From positions 30,160 to 94,159 of IMG/VR virus record IMGVR_UViG_3300050821_010409: a stretch of 64,000 bases of DNA; one strand, written 5' to 3'. The translations under genes and the position numbers were made by a program. Each line of letters begins with the position of its first letter. Position 1 is the stretch's first letter. Under the pieces are notes generated by a model that made no database searches, was not told where the DNA came from, and worked only from the letters and a program-made list of their open reading frames with translations. Positions 19,169 through 28,288 of this stretch are shown in pieces. Source of the stretch: a virus (Duplodnaviria > Heunggongvirae > Uroviricota > Caudoviricetes).

Positions 19169-19352
19169 CCTGTTCCTGGGACTCGCAATCCTGGCGGCTA
19201 CGCTATGTGGCATCCTGGGTGGATGGGTTGCCAGCCAGAAGGGGCGCACGATCGATGAAGGCGCCTTGCTCGGTTTCTTTTTCGGCTTCTCCGGAGTCCT
19301 GACAATGCCTGCGCAGAGGCAAGAGAACTGCGACGCGGCTACCACATCATGA
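19161..19352 (+). CDS. small 2-TM membrane protein whose C-terminus runs through solitary repeat S2
   Basis: ATGA overlap with the exonuclease stop; hydrophobic; reads ..TMPAQRQENCDAATTS*. Confidence 0.3.
   Translation: MISLFLGLAILAATLCGILGGWVASQKGRTIDEGALLGFFFGFSGVLTMPAQRQENCDAATTS
19299..19334 (+). repeat. solitary CRISPR repeat unit S2 (35/36)
   Basis: ctgAcaatgcctgcgcagaggcaagagaactgcgac. Confidence 0.9.
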
Positions 19353-19375
19353 AGGCCGGGCGGTGGTGCTACGGG

Positions 19376-20182
19376 TTAGTTGACCCCCGCGCTGCGCAGC
19401 AGCTTGTCCATCCGCATCAGCTGGTCAATGCGCACCAGCGCCGCCTGGATCTCGCGGGCCCGCTCGGCGAACTGCACGGCATCCAGCGGGTCGCCGTTCA
19501 GCACCGCGCGCTCGGCGGCCAGCACGTCGCCGCGGGCGCAGCCGAGCCGGTCCCAGGGCGACCGGGACACCGTGGGCGGGACGCTGATGCCCAGCTCGGC
19601 GGCAGCCGACTTCACGGCCACGTCCACCCGCCGGATCTGCCCGGAGTCGATCTTGGCGACCGTGACCGGTGCCTGCGTGACGCGCCCCTGGTCAAACCGC
19701 TGCAAGGTGGCCGGGGTGACGGCGCCGCCGATCCGCTCCGAGACCACCCTCGGCCACCGGGCGCTGTCGTGCTCACGGGCCTCGGTGATGAAGCCGAACC
19801 GGTCGGCGATGAGCGCCAGCTGCGGGGTGCTCAGGTGCCGCCGGGCAACGTTGACGCTCCAGACCAGTGCCCGCGCAGCATCCTCGTCACCGTCGAATTC
19901 CTTCAGGCTGACCGTGACGCCTTCCTGGCTGGCGATCCGCAGCCGGTTGCGGCCGTCCAGGACCTTGCCGTCCAGCATGATCAGCGGCTCCCGGACGCCA
20001 TTGGCCACGATGTCGGCGCGCAGCCGCTTGTCGTCCTCCTCGTTCATGCCGGGGACCATCAGCGCCAGCGGGTGCACTTCCAGCGCGCGCGCCTGCGTGC
20101 TGCCGTCGGGCAGCCGGACCGCCACGCTGGCTGGCGCCAGCCGCCGGGCGAGGTCCTGGGCTGCCTTGCCTGCCTCAGTCAT
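19376..20182 (-). CDS. ParB-like nuclease domain protein
   Basis: ParB/Srx N-terminal-like motifs (..DGRNRLRIA.., LSTPQLALIADRF). Confidence 0.55.
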   Translation of the reverse strand: MTEAGKAAQDLARRLAPASVAVRLPDGSTQARALEVHPLALMVPGMNEEDDKRLRADIVANGVREPLIMLDGKVLDGRNRLRIASQEGVTVSLKEFDGDEDAARALVWSVNVARRHLSTPQLALIADRFGFITEAREHDSARWPRVVSERIGGAVTPATLQRFDQGRVTQAPVTVAKIDSGQIRRVDVAVKSAAAELGISVPPTVSRSPWDRLGCARGDVLAAERAVLNGDPLDAVQFAERAREIQAALVRIDQLMRMDKLLRSAGVN

Positions 20183-20206
20183 CAGGTTCCATTCTACGGG
20201 GTTTGC

Positions 20207-20226
20207 TGTCTCTTATAGTATATACG
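20207..20226 (+). promoter_or_regulatory. promoter motif TGTCTCTTATAGTATATACG
   Basis: Same subfamily; divergent region between ParB (minus) and 20296 (plus). Confidence 0.4.
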
Positions 20227-20295
20227 ACCCGCGTGCCCGCTTCCTGCGCCTGCCGGGCGCTGTCCCCCGTGCCGGGCCGCACGGTACTGTCGACC

Positions 20296-20619
20296 ATGAC
20301 TGACGAAGAGCTCCGGCGGCTGCTCCACGGAATGGAGTACCGGCTGACCGGGCAGACAGGAGAAATAATGGCAGCGCAAGACGACATCAACACGGCAGTG
20401 GCCCAGCTTAACGCCACGATGACCGACATCGGCACGCAAGTGACCCAGCTCGGCACCGACGTGCAGGCCATCCAGGCTGAGCTGGCGGCCATGCCCGCCG
20501 GAGTGGATACCACGGCGCTGAACGCGGCCGTGGCACAGCTGGCGTCCACCCAGTCGGCCCTGGACACCGCCGTCGGCGCGGTGACGTCAGCAGCCACCCC
20601 GGCTGCACCGCCCGCCTGA
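20296..20619 (+). CDS. coiled-coil hypothetical protein (107 aa)
   Basis: Leaderless-type -10 TACTGT lies 5 nt before the ATG; Ala/Gln/Thr-rich coiled-coil. Confidence 0.45.
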   Translation: MTDEELRRLLHGMEYRLTGQTGEIMAAQDDINTAVAQLNATMTDIGTQVTQLGTDVQAIQAELAAMPAGVDTTALNAAVAQLASTQSALDTAVGAVTSAATPAAPPA

Positions 20620-20680
20620 CGGCACGCGAAGGACCCGGCCAGCAAAGGGAGTGCGCGCCTTGCTGGCCGGGCTGCCTTCA

Positions 20681-20819
20681 TCAGTGCGGCGTCTTCTCAT
20701 TCGGCCGCGGGGTGCGGGCCGGGTTGTTCTTGACCCGGCGGTGCTCTGCGGCGTACTTCGCGCACTTCACGCGATTACGGCCAATCTTACGGCCCTTGCT
20801 GGTCTTGCTCGCTGGCAAC
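20681..20819 (-). CDS. small highly basic protein (46 aa), TTG start
   Basis: RBS GGAGGAGG upstream; K/R-rich; below the ORF-track cutoff. Confidence 0.3.
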
Positions 20820-21050
20820 TAAACGTTCACCTCCTCCCGGGCGGGATTACATGCCCGGGAGATGCTTGGTGCGACGCATCGCTGCCTCCTCTCGTCGTGT
20901 ATCTCGCAGTATACTAGACCTCATGGTGAAGCCCAGCGAGTGCCGGAACGCCGAAGAGATCGCCCGCGAGGAACGCCGCGCGTGGCGCTGGAGCGCGCGG
21001 ATGTGGCTCTACCGGGGCTATCTGCGGCTGCGCGGCTGGTGAGTGTGCGG

Positions 21051-21563
21051 CTAGCCGGCCCGCACTGGCACGCGCCGCTTCTTGTTGAGGGAGGCCACCT
21101 TGCGCTCCAGGGCTAGCTCGCGGCGTTCGAGGTCCTTGTCCATGGCGTCGTTGAGCTCTAGCGTGAGAAGCAGGGTGTTAAGGATTGCCGACGCTGTAAG
21201 CACCTTCTTCACGTGCCCTTCGGGCAGCAAGCGCATGGCCGTGTCCATCTCCGCCTGGAGGACCCTGATCTGGCAGCGCCAGTGCCGCATGCGGCGATTG
21301 GCGTAATCGCGTACTTCAGGAGCATTCTCTGCCAGCCGGTACGTTGACTTGGCGCCGCGACGATGCGTGAGGACGCACTGCTCACCGCGTGCTTCGCGCA
21401 GATGGCGGATGCCCGCGTGAACCTGGCTGGCGGTAAGGCCGGACGCGCGCATGATGTCCTGAAGGGTTACCTCTGCATCCACGCTCAGGCTCTGCAGGAC
21501 AGCATCGGCCTTGTCATCCGGGCTCATGCCCGCGAACAGCCCGGTGTCAGCATCTATGACGGT
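21051..21563 (-). CDS. winged-helix transcriptional regulator-like protein
   Basis: ..TLQDIMRASGLTASQVHAGIRHLREARGEQCVLTHRRG.KSTYRL wHTH pattern. Confidence 0.45.
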   Translation of the reverse strand, partial: TVIDADTGLFAGMSPDDKADAVLQSLSVDAEVTLQDIMRASGLTASQVHAGIRHLREARGEQCVLTHRRGAKSTYRLAENAPEVRDYANRRMRHWRCQIRVLQAEMDTAMRLLPEGHVKKVLTASAILNTLLLTLELNDAMDKDLERRELALERKVASLNKKRRVPVRAG

Positions 21564-21570
21564 CATGCGC

Positions 21571-23481
21571 TCAAGCTCCTTCCATGATCTTCGCAATGGC
21601 CTCATCCAGGCCCATGCCCGTGAGGTAGCGACGGAACTGCTCAGCCTCTGTCTCTACGTCGCCGAGGTCACTCAAGACCTCGTCGTCACCTGCGAGGCCA
21701 AGGGAGACGCTTAGCCGGGATGCCCGCCGTAGCGCGTCCTTAGCATCAGCCAGGAAGATGAGGACGTCGAGCCTAGTCAGGCTGGGCTTAGCTGGCGATG
21801 GTGCGGACGGGGTTGCCGTGGAACCTTCCTGCCGGTCATCATGCCGGAGTGCGCTCATGACGCCGGCCTTGCAGTCCTGGTCCCGGAAGACTGCCCTGGC
21901 TACCTCGGGATTGCCGAGAGCCCGCTGGATCACCCGTGCCTGCTCGGTTACGGGCCTGGCCTGCATCTGCTCTGGCGTAACAGGACGCTGGTGCTGCTCA
22001 TCCTCGCGCAGCCAGGACTGCGGCTGCGTGCCTAGCTCAGCTGCGAAGTCCCTTAGGGAAAGCTCGCGTGCTTCGGCGTCCTGGAGAACTGCTACTGCTT
22101 GAGCTGGATCGGCTTTCGACTGAACGTACTGCACAGCCAGGCGGGTGGGAAGCGAAAAGATCTTGTCCTCAAGCACAAGATCTTTTAGTGCTTTGCCTGT
22201 CATGCGCCGTGTCGCCAACCAGGTTCGCGACTGCCCGAGAATGCGCTCCGCGATGTCGTACGCTGCTGAGACACTTTTCCGGTCGGAATCTGCTGGCTCG
22301 CCTAGCGCTAGCGTAGTCTGCCACCATGCCTGCCGCCATGCAGTCTCAGCCTGCGCGCGATCCTGCTCGGCTGCCTTCTCATGGAGGGCTGCCTGCTCGA
22401 TTCTTATCATGCGCCGTACCGTATCATGAGACGGTACGGCCTGCAAGAGAACTAACAGTGCACGCCGCAACTCCGCCAGCCGCCGGATCAGGTCATCCAG
22501 CACCACCAGGGGCACCCCGGCATCCCGCACGTGCGCGACCAGCCGGCCTTCCCAGTCCGCCCACTGCGCGAGCACCTGCTGGTAGCCAGCGAGCTCCTCC
22601 ACGGCAGCAGGCGCGTGCTGGCCTGCGATGGCGGCTTCTGCCCGCAGCCGCTCGCCGGCCGCGCCCCAGGCCTTGCTCAGCACCATGCTGTTGTCCGGCA
22701 GCCCTGCCTCGCGCCCGAACTGGCCTTGCGTCAGGCCGCGCCGCAAGGCGTCCACCGCGGCCGGGACGTACTGCTCTGCCGGGCGCGCCGGGATCACGTG
22801 CCGTGGCTGCGGGAGGACAGCCGGGGTCAGGCTCTCGTCCTCGTCATCCAGCACCGCAGCAGCGTCCGCGCGCAGCAGCTCCTGCTCGCGCCGGGCCTGC
22901 TCCGCCGGGTGCACGGACGGGTAGTACTCGCCGCCCTCCATGTCGCAGTTCTCTTGCCTCTGCGCAGGCATTGTGAAGCCGTCCGCCACGATGCGCTCCG
23001 CTGCCAGCAGTGCTGACACGCGCTCCTGCTCGCGCCGGGCTTCCCGGTCCCGGGCCGCCTGCTGGCGGGCGTTCACGGCGGGCAGCGGCCCCGTCAGGCC
23101 CGTGCTGTCGTGGTCAGTGCTGGTGAACTTCGGGCGTTCTTGTGAGCCATCTGGCCCACCAGCCAGGGCCTGCTGGTCGCGCCGCACGGTGGCGTGACCC
23201 GCGTTCACGGCTGCCGCGATCTTGCGCTGCGTGTAGCCGGCATCCGTGAGCAGGGCGACGATCTCGCGCCGCCGCTCAGCGGAGAACCGGTCGAAGCCGA
23301 ACTCGGCGACGGCCCAGGCCTGCACGCCCTTATAGCCGAGTGCCTGCCAGTCGTTCTCGGCCACCGCCCGTGCGTACAGCACCGCGGTGCCCTGCAGCCC
23401 CAGCCGGATCTGCTCAGCCCGGTCAGCTGCCGCGCGCCGCAGCCCCTCTGCTGGCCGCACTGCTGGTGGCGCCATCTTCAT
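21571..23481 (-). CDS. large HTH DNA-binding protein (636 aa); long paralog of 23478-24059 carrying an in-frame solitary CRISPR repeat
   Basis: N-terminal 90 aa and the segment VLAQWADWEGRLVAHVRDAGVPLVVLDDLIRRLAELRRAL are paralogous to the neighbouring 193-aa gene. A ~120-aa paralog-specific insert contains the repeat, read as MPAQRQENCD. Confidence 0.5.
   Translation of the reverse strand: MKMAPPAVRPAEGLRRAAADRAEQIRLGLQGTAVLYARAVAENDWQALGYKGVQAWAVAEFGFDRFSAERRREIVALLTDAGYTQRKIAAAVNAGHATVRRDQQALAGGPDGSQERPKFTSTDHDSTGLTGPLPAVNARQQAARDREARREQERVSALLAAERIVADGFTMPAQRQENCDMEGGEYYPSVHPAEQARREQELLRADAAAVLDDEDESLTPAVLPQPRHVIPARPAEQYVPAAVDALRRGLTQGQFGREAGLPDNSMVLSKAWGAAGERLRAEAAIAGQHAPAAVEELAGYQQVLAQWADWEGRLVAHVRDAGVPLVVLDDLIRRLAELRRALLVLLQAVPSHDTVRRMIRIEQAALHEKAAEQDRAQAETAWRQAWWQTTLALGEPADSDRKSVSAAYDIAERILGQSRTWLATRRMTGKALKDLVLEDKIFSLPTRLAVQYVQSKADPAQAVAVLQDAEARELSLRDFAAELGTQPQSWLREDEQHQRPVTPEQMQARPVTEQARVIQRALGNPEVARAVFRDQDCKAGVMSALRHDDRQEGSTATPSAPSPAKPSLTRLDVLIFLADAKDALRRASRLSVSLGLAGDDEVLSDLGDVETEAEQFRRYLTGMGLDEAIAKIMEGA
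22942..22977 (-). repeat. solitary CRISPR repeat unit S3 (33/36), minus strand, co-oriented with its host gene
   Basis: Plus strand reads gtcgcagttctcttgcctctgcgcaggcattg, the reverse complement of the array repeat. On the minus strand an ATG immediately follows the repeat. Confidence 0.9.
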
Positions 23482-24059
23482 GAGCCTTCCTCCTTGCCGC
23501 GGGGGCGGGCGTGCGCCAGGGCGTCACGGTAGCTGGCCAGCCGCGCGATCAGGTCATCCACCACGGCCAGCGGCATCCCCGCGTTCCGGATGTAGCGCAG
23601 GAGCAGCAGCTCGCGATCGGCCCACTGCGCCAGCAGCTGCCCGGCCAGCAGCCGTTCCTGCTCGGCCAGCTCCGCGGCCTGCTGGCGGCGCAGCGCGTTG
23701 CTGTCCAGGGCAGCCTGCTGCCGGGCCGTCGGGCTGGGCACCAGCAGGCCGTTCTCCCGCTGGTCCTTGTTCACCGTGCTGTGCCCGGCCCCGGTGGCCG
23801 CCGCGATCTGCCGGGTGGTGTAGCCGGCCTGGGTCAGCAAGGCGACGATCTCCCGGCGGCGCTCGGCGGAAAACCGGTCCGGCCCGAACTCGCCTGCCGC
23901 CCAGTCCGGCACGCCGCCGTAGCCGAGCGCCTGCCAGTCCTTCTCCACGATGGCCTGGACGTACAGCACGGCAGCGCGCTGCACGTTCAGCCGGATCTGC
24001 TCGGCCCGGGCATGGGCGGCGTGCTGCCGCGCGCTGGTCATGACAGTGGTAACGGTCAC
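23478..24059 (-). CDS. HTH DNA-binding protein (193 aa), short paralog of 21571-23481
   Basis: RBS GGAAAGGAG before the GTG; ..DWQALGY..DRFSAERRREIVALLTQAGYTTRQIAAATGAGHSTV. Confidence 0.55.
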   Translation of the reverse strand: MTVTTVMTSARQHAAHARAEQIRLNVQRAAVLYVQAIVEKDWQALGYGGVPDWAAGEFGPDRFSAERRREIVALLTQAGYTTRQIAAATGAGHSTVNKDQRENGLLVPSPTARQQAALDSNALRRQQAAELAEQERLLAGQLLAQWADRELLLLRYIRNAGMPLAVVDDLIARLASYRDALAHARPRGKEEGS

Positions 24060-24083
24060 GGGTGCGCTCCTTTCCTGGCACGT

Positions 24084-24109
24084 AGTCTCTTACAGTATGG
24101 TATAGGCTC
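24084..24109 (+). promoter_or_regulatory. promoter motif AGTCTCTTACAGTATGGTATAGGCTC before an ATG
   Basis: GTCTCTTA(T/C)AGTAT subfamily, shared with 20207 and 45212. Confidence 0.45.
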
Positions 24110-24114
24110 ATGGC

Positions 24115-24303
24115 ATGGCCTTCACCCTCATGACGCCTTACGGCCCGGCCACGTGCCAGGAGTGCGGGGCGCCTGCCACGGTGTCCCGGCTGGCGCCGCT
24201 GGCCGGGGGCGTGGCCAGCCCGCAGTACTTCTGCGACGCGCACCACCCGGACGGCCCGCCGTGCCCGCTGTGCGAGGGCCACGGTCGGCTAACGGCGCCA
24301 TGA
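24115..24303 (+). CDS. small zinc-ribbon protein (62 aa)
   Basis: Leaderless promoter motif directly upstream; CQEC..C..H..C..C. Confidence 0.45.
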   Translation: MAFTLMTPYGPATCQECGAPATVSRLAPLAGGVASPQYFCDAHHPDGPPCPLCEGHGRLTAP

Positions 24304-24353
24304 GCATCCCTGTAAGAGACGCGCAGCCAGGCCAGCCCATCATCTCGTGCCTC

Positions 24354-24481
24354 ATGACCGTGCCGCCCTCATCATCGTGCCAGCCAGAAGCCCAATGACC
24401 GTGCCGCCCTCATCGTCATGCCAGCCAGAACGCCAGTGTCCCCCGCGATCATGCAGCCATCGTCGTAGTGCCAGCCACGAG
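24354..24481. repeat. imperfect ~41-bp tandem repeats (ATGACCGTGCCGCCCTCATC(A/G)TC(G/A)TGCCAGCCAGAA..) x2.7
   Basis: Seen directly in the intergenic region. Confidence 0.8.
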
Positions 24482-24612
24482 ACCACTGCCCAGGATTTTT
24501 CGCGGGAAGTCTGTACGCGTCATCGGCAGGAGGTGTAGTGTCGGGACCTCCGGAGCTCGTCGGGATGACGCACCCGGGCCAGCGCGCCGCGTCTCCCGGG
24601 TGACCGGGGACT

Positions 24613-25755
24613 GTGCGGCGGCTCCAGGACACGGACAAGCGCAAGGACACTTCCACTGTGACGTACCCCGCTCAGTACCCGCCTCAGCAGCCCTCGTACC
24701 CTTCCCCGGCTCAGCCTCAGTACCCGCCTCAGTACCCGTCCCCGCAGCAGGGCTACCCTCCCGCCCCGTACCAGCAGCCAGCGCCCGCGTACCCGCCTCA
24801 GCAGCCTTCTCCTTACTACCCTCAAGCAGCACAGCAGCAGGCAGCCCCGCCACCCCCGGTCATCCACGGCACCCTTGATGAGTACTATGACCAGCCAGCG
24901 GCTTCAGGAAAGTCACTGACCTTCGACCGCAAGCCCGTTGGCTTCAGCTACACCGGGGTGGTGGCGCGCAGCCTCACGAACGCGGACGTCGTCGCGCAGA
25001 CCGACATCCGCGACAAGAGCCGCGTCATCACCCACCCCGATGGCCGCCCGAAGTTCGTCATGGTCGTCCCGCTGCAGCTGCAGCCATCGGCGGAGTTCCC
25101 CGACGGGCGCGCGGCCTGGTACTGCAAGGGCAGCGACCGGGCCGAGCTGGACCGCGCCATGGAGGCGGCCGGCGTCCCGCTGACGGCCAAGGGCCACATG
25201 CCGCCGCCCGAGGCAGGCGCTGTTATCACGATTACATATACCGGCGAGCGGCCCATCCCGGGGCTGAATCCCCAGAAAATGAAAATGATCACCTACCGGC
25301 GCCCGCAAGGCGGCAACGGTTACCAGCACGCCGCCGAACCTGCAGAGCCAGCCATTCACCTCCAGCAGTTCCAGCAGGCAGCCGGACCAGCACAGCCAGC
25401 CATGGAACCGCAGTACGCGCCCGCTCCGCAGGGACCGTACGGCCAGCCGAACGCGCCGTGGAACCCGCTGGCGCAGCAGTACCAGGACCCGGCCCAGCAG
25501 CTCGCGAGCGCGGCCTACCAGTCCGCGGGACTGCAGCCGCCGCAGCACCAGCAACCACAGCACCAGCAACCGCAGTACGCACCGCTGCCCGCCCCGGAGC
25601 CGCCCCCGGGACCGCAGCCGTACAACGGCCCGTATGACCAGGGGGCACCCGCCGCCGCTCAAGGACAGCCAGCCGTCACGCCCGTGATGGCGGCGCCCCC
25701 GGACCTGTCACCGGACCAGCAGCGGCTGCTCGCGCAGCTCACCGGCCAGGGCTGA
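24613..25755 (+). CDS. Pro/Gln/Tyr-rich low-complexity protein with a globular central domain
   Basis: QYPPQ/PAPYQQ-type repeats at both ends; the start may be the GTG at 24661. Confidence 0.5.
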   Translation: MRRLQDTDKRKDTSTVTYPAQYPPQQPSYPSPAQPQYPPQYPSPQQGYPPAPYQQPAPAYPPQQPSPYYPQAAQQQAAPPPPVIHGTLDEYYDQPAASGKSLTFDRKPVGFSYTGVVARSLTNADVVAQTDIRDKSRVITHPDGRPKFVMVVPLQLQPSAEFPDGRAAWYCKGSDRAELDRAMEAAGVPLTAKGHMPPPEAGAVITITYTGERPIPGLNPQKMKMITYRRPQGGNGYQHAAEPAEPAIHLQQFQQAAGPAQPAMEPQYAPAPQGPYGQPNAPWNPLAQQYQDPAQQLASAAYQSAGLQPPQHQQPQHQQPQYAPLPAPEPPPGPQPYNGPYDQGAPAAAQGQPAVTPVMAAPPDLSPDQQRLLAQLTGQG

Positions 25756-25799
25756 CCCAGGCTCCCCCGGGCCCCGGACGTGGGGGTGCGCGGTCCGGG

Positions 25800-26050
25800 G
25801 GCCTCAATCCCGCCAACCAGGCACCAGCCAGCCCATCATCTCGTGCCGCCATCAGACCCCAGCCAGCATGGACCAGCCAGCCGCCAATCCGGTGCCCGCC
25901 AGCACAGCCAGTCGGCGTTAGCCAGCCAAGCAGCCAAAGTACCGCATCCCGCTAAGGTCAAGCCAGCCCAGGACACGGTGAGCACGCAGCCCATCCGCTC
26001 CAGCCAGCCATCCAGCCAGAGCACCGTAGCCAGCCATGGAACAGGAGCCT
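25800..26050. repeat. CCAGCC(A)-rich low-complexity tract; shares the 21-bp motif GCCAGCCCATCATCTCGTGCC with 24338-24358
   Basis: Seen directly; it continues into the QQPA-repeat coding region of the helicase N-terminus. Confidence 0.75.
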
Positions 26051-26054
26051 GCCG

Positions 26055-28001
26055 GTGACGTGCGGCGTCTACGGCGAGATCGCCGTCGATGGCCGTCACG
26101 TCATCGTGGTGGCAGCCGGGCAGGACTGGGAGGTCAACCGGGCGGCGGCAGCCATCCGGGCCATGACGGCGCCATTTAGCAAGACCCGGCCGCCCGGCGC
26201 GCTTGCCGGGCCGCTGACCTGGGCAATCGTCACCCAGCTGGCCCTCACGTTCAATGGCGGCAGCCTCGGGCAGTGGGCTCCCGGCCCGCGGTTGCAGGAC
26301 TGGGTGCTGGCGGAGTTCACCCAGCGCACTGCACTGCCCGCGCTTGCAGCCAATCCCCAACAGCCAGCCCTCGTAGATGAGCCAGCAGCCGCTGACGTCC
26401 TGCCAGCCAACGCCCCACAGCACGCGGCCCATCCAGTACCGCCAGCCTTCGTCAACGAGCCCGCAGCCAATGTGCAACAGCCAGCCATTACTCCGGTGAC
26501 GGCAGCCAACAGGGATCAGCCAGCCATCATTCCGGTGCCCGCAGCCCATGCGCAGCAGCCAGCCACCGCACCTGTGCTGGTGCCGCGCCACTACCAGCTG
26601 GAGGGCGCCCGCGTCATTGCCACCACCGGGAAGGCGCTGATCTTTGACGAGGCCGGCTGCGGCAAGACGGTCACGACGATCCTGGGGCTGCTGGAGCGGC
26701 AGCGCCTCGGGCACGCCATCTTCCCGCTCGTCATCCTCGTGCCGTCCTGGGACGTCGGCGAGGTCTGGGCACGGCACGCCCGCGACTGGGCGCCGAACTG
26801 GCCACCGCCCGTCATGCACGGCGGCAAGAACCGGCAGCCCCGCCCGGATGGCATCATGATCACCACGTACGCCACCGCCCGGCTGGACGCCGCTAGTGCC
26901 GGGGGGCCGCTGGTGACGCTGCGAGCGCGGGCCGTGGTCTGCGACGAGGTGCACCTGACGCGCAATCACGCGTCCTTGCTGTCCCAGGCCGTGCGCCGGA
27001 TCGCTGAGCACGCGCAGACCTTCGTCGGCCTGTCCGGCACGCCGGTCACTCGTGACACCGGGGACGTCTATCCCGCGCTGGCCGCCATGGACCCGGCAAG
27101 CTGGCCGTCGCGCGACGCGTTCATCAAAAGGTACTGCTTCACGGTCGATGATGGCTACCAGCGCAAGGTCGAAGGGCTGGCGCCGCTGGCCGAGCCGGAG
27201 TTCCGCGCCGTCCTCCTGGGGCAGTACCGCCGGGTCGCCAAGGCCGACGTGCTGAGCCAGCTGCCGCCGAAGGTCTACTCAGTGCGCACGGTGGCCATCC
27301 CGGCGCCCTGGCGCGCGGCGTACACCGGGATGGCGAACGACATGCTGGCGCAGCTGCCGGAGGACGGCGGGGACCTGCCGGTGATGAGCACCCTGGCGCA
27401 GCTGACCCGGCTCTCCCAGCTGGCCAGCTCAGCGTGCGACGTGACCGTCCGCACGGAGCTGAATGAGCTGGGGATGGAGGTCAAGCGCTATGACGTGACG
27501 CTGAAGGCGCCGAGCTGGAAGGCCGACTGCCTGCTGGAGATCCTGGCCGAGCGGCGTGGCCAGCAGGTCGCGGTGTTCGCGGTCAGCAAGCAGCTCATTG
27601 ACATTGCCGGGGCAGCGTGCAAGGACGCGGGTTACCGGTGCGGGTACATTACCGGCGGCCAGGGGAAGGCGGCCCGGCGCAATGATATTGACGCTTTCCA
27701 GGCCGGACAGCTGGACGTCATCCTGGCGACAAGCGGCGCAGGAAGCCTGGGAATTACATTGACTGCAGCCAGCACGGTTGTGATGCTGCAGCGGTCCTGG
27801 CAGCTGGACCAGGCGCTGCAGCCAGAGGACCGAGCTCACAGAATTGGCAACGAGAACTGCTGCATAGAAGTGATTGATATCATTGCTAAAAGTACTGTAG
27901 ATGAACGTGTACGGACTGTTCTTCGCGGGAAGGGCGGCCAGTTGTCAGAACTTGTCAGAGACCCGCGGGTAGTGCGTGAGCTGATGGGGGGCCTCCGGTA
28001 A
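26055..28001 (+). CDS. SNF2-family (DEXH) helicase
   Basis: Q-motif RHYQLEG; DEAGCGKT (motif I); DEVHLTRN (motif II); LSGTPV (motif III); QPEDRAHRIGN (motif VI). N-terminal ~90-aa domain plus QQPA-repeat linker. Confidence 0.75.
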   Translation: MTCGVYGEIAVDGRHVIVVAAGQDWEVNRAAAAIRAMTAPFSKTRPPGALAGPLTWAIVTQLALTFNGGSLGQWAPGPRLQDWVLAEFTQRTALPALAANPQQPALVDEPAAADVLPANAPQHAAHPVPPAFVNEPAANVQQPAITPVTAANRDQPAIIPVPAAHAQQPATAPVLVPRHYQLEGARVIATTGKALIFDEAGCGKTVTTILGLLERQRLGHAIFPLVILVPSWDVGEVWARHARDWAPNWPPPVMHGGKNRQPRPDGIMITTYATARLDAASAGGPLVTLRARAVVCDEVHLTRNHASLLSQAVRRIAEHAQTFVGLSGTPVTRDTGDVYPALAAMDPASWPSRDAFIKRYCFTVDDGYQRKVEGLAPLAEPEFRAVLLGQYRRVAKADVLSQLPPKVYSVRTVAIPAPWRAAYTGMANDMLAQLPEDGGDLPVMSTLAQLTRLSQLASSACDVTVRTELNELGMEVKRYDVTLKAPSWKADCLLEILAERRGQQVAVFAVSKQLIDIAGAACKDAGYRCGYITGGQGKAARRNDIDAFQAGQLDVILATSGAGSLGITLTAASTVVMLQRSWQLDQALQPEDRAHRIGNENCCIEVIDIIAKSTVDERVRTVLRGKGGQLSELVRDPRVVRELMGGLR

Positions 28002-28022
28002 CGGTTTCGCGCCAGGTTCAGG

Positions 28023-28058
28023 CTGGCAGTGCCTGCGCAGGGGCAAGAGAACTGCGAC
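28023..28058 (+). repeat. solitary CRISPR repeat unit S4 (34/36), immediately downstream of the helicase stop
   Basis: ctggcaGtgcctgcgcagGggcaagagaactgcgac. The 11 bp upstream are also identical to S5, giving 47 bp of identity. Confidence 0.9.
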
Positions 28059-28060
28059 AC

Positions 28061-28261
28061 GGTTTCGACCTTGACGGCTGCCTGGACCGCCCAGCCCTGG
28101 CCCGGCTGGCGAATGACCTCTACGACGCCGGGCATGAGGTCTACGTGGTCACCGGAGGCCTGGCGGACGCGGGTGAGTGGACGCTGGCAGCCCGGGAGCA
28201 GAAGCCGGCCGCACTGGGCGTCGCCACGGCCAGCGACGCCGTCCGGCTGCTAGTGCTGTGA
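28061..28261 (+). pseudogene. start-less HAD-like ORF fragment (GFDLDGCLDRPALARLANDLYDAGHEVYVVTGG..)
   Basis: HAD motif I (FDLDGCL) sits at the very 5' end with no ATG/GTG/TTG in frame between the repeat and the motif. The frame differs from the repeat's MPAQ frame. Confidence 0.35.
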
Positions 28262-28265
28262 CGGG

Positions 28266-28288
28266 CTTCATACTGTACGATACAGGTC
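28266..28288 (+). promoter_or_regulatory. leaderless promoter motif CATACTGTACGATACAGGTC directly before an ATG
   Basis: AT-rich island in GC-rich DNA; ATAC..TA..ATAC half-sites; -10-like TACGAT lies 7 nt before the ATG. Confidence 0.45.

Noticed and set aside
19349-20218. Plus-strand 289-aa ORF overlapping the ParB-like gene.
   Set aside because: The minus-strand frame carries recognisable ParB/Srx motifs. The plus frame is Arg/Ala-rich and lies inside the promoter region at its 5' end.
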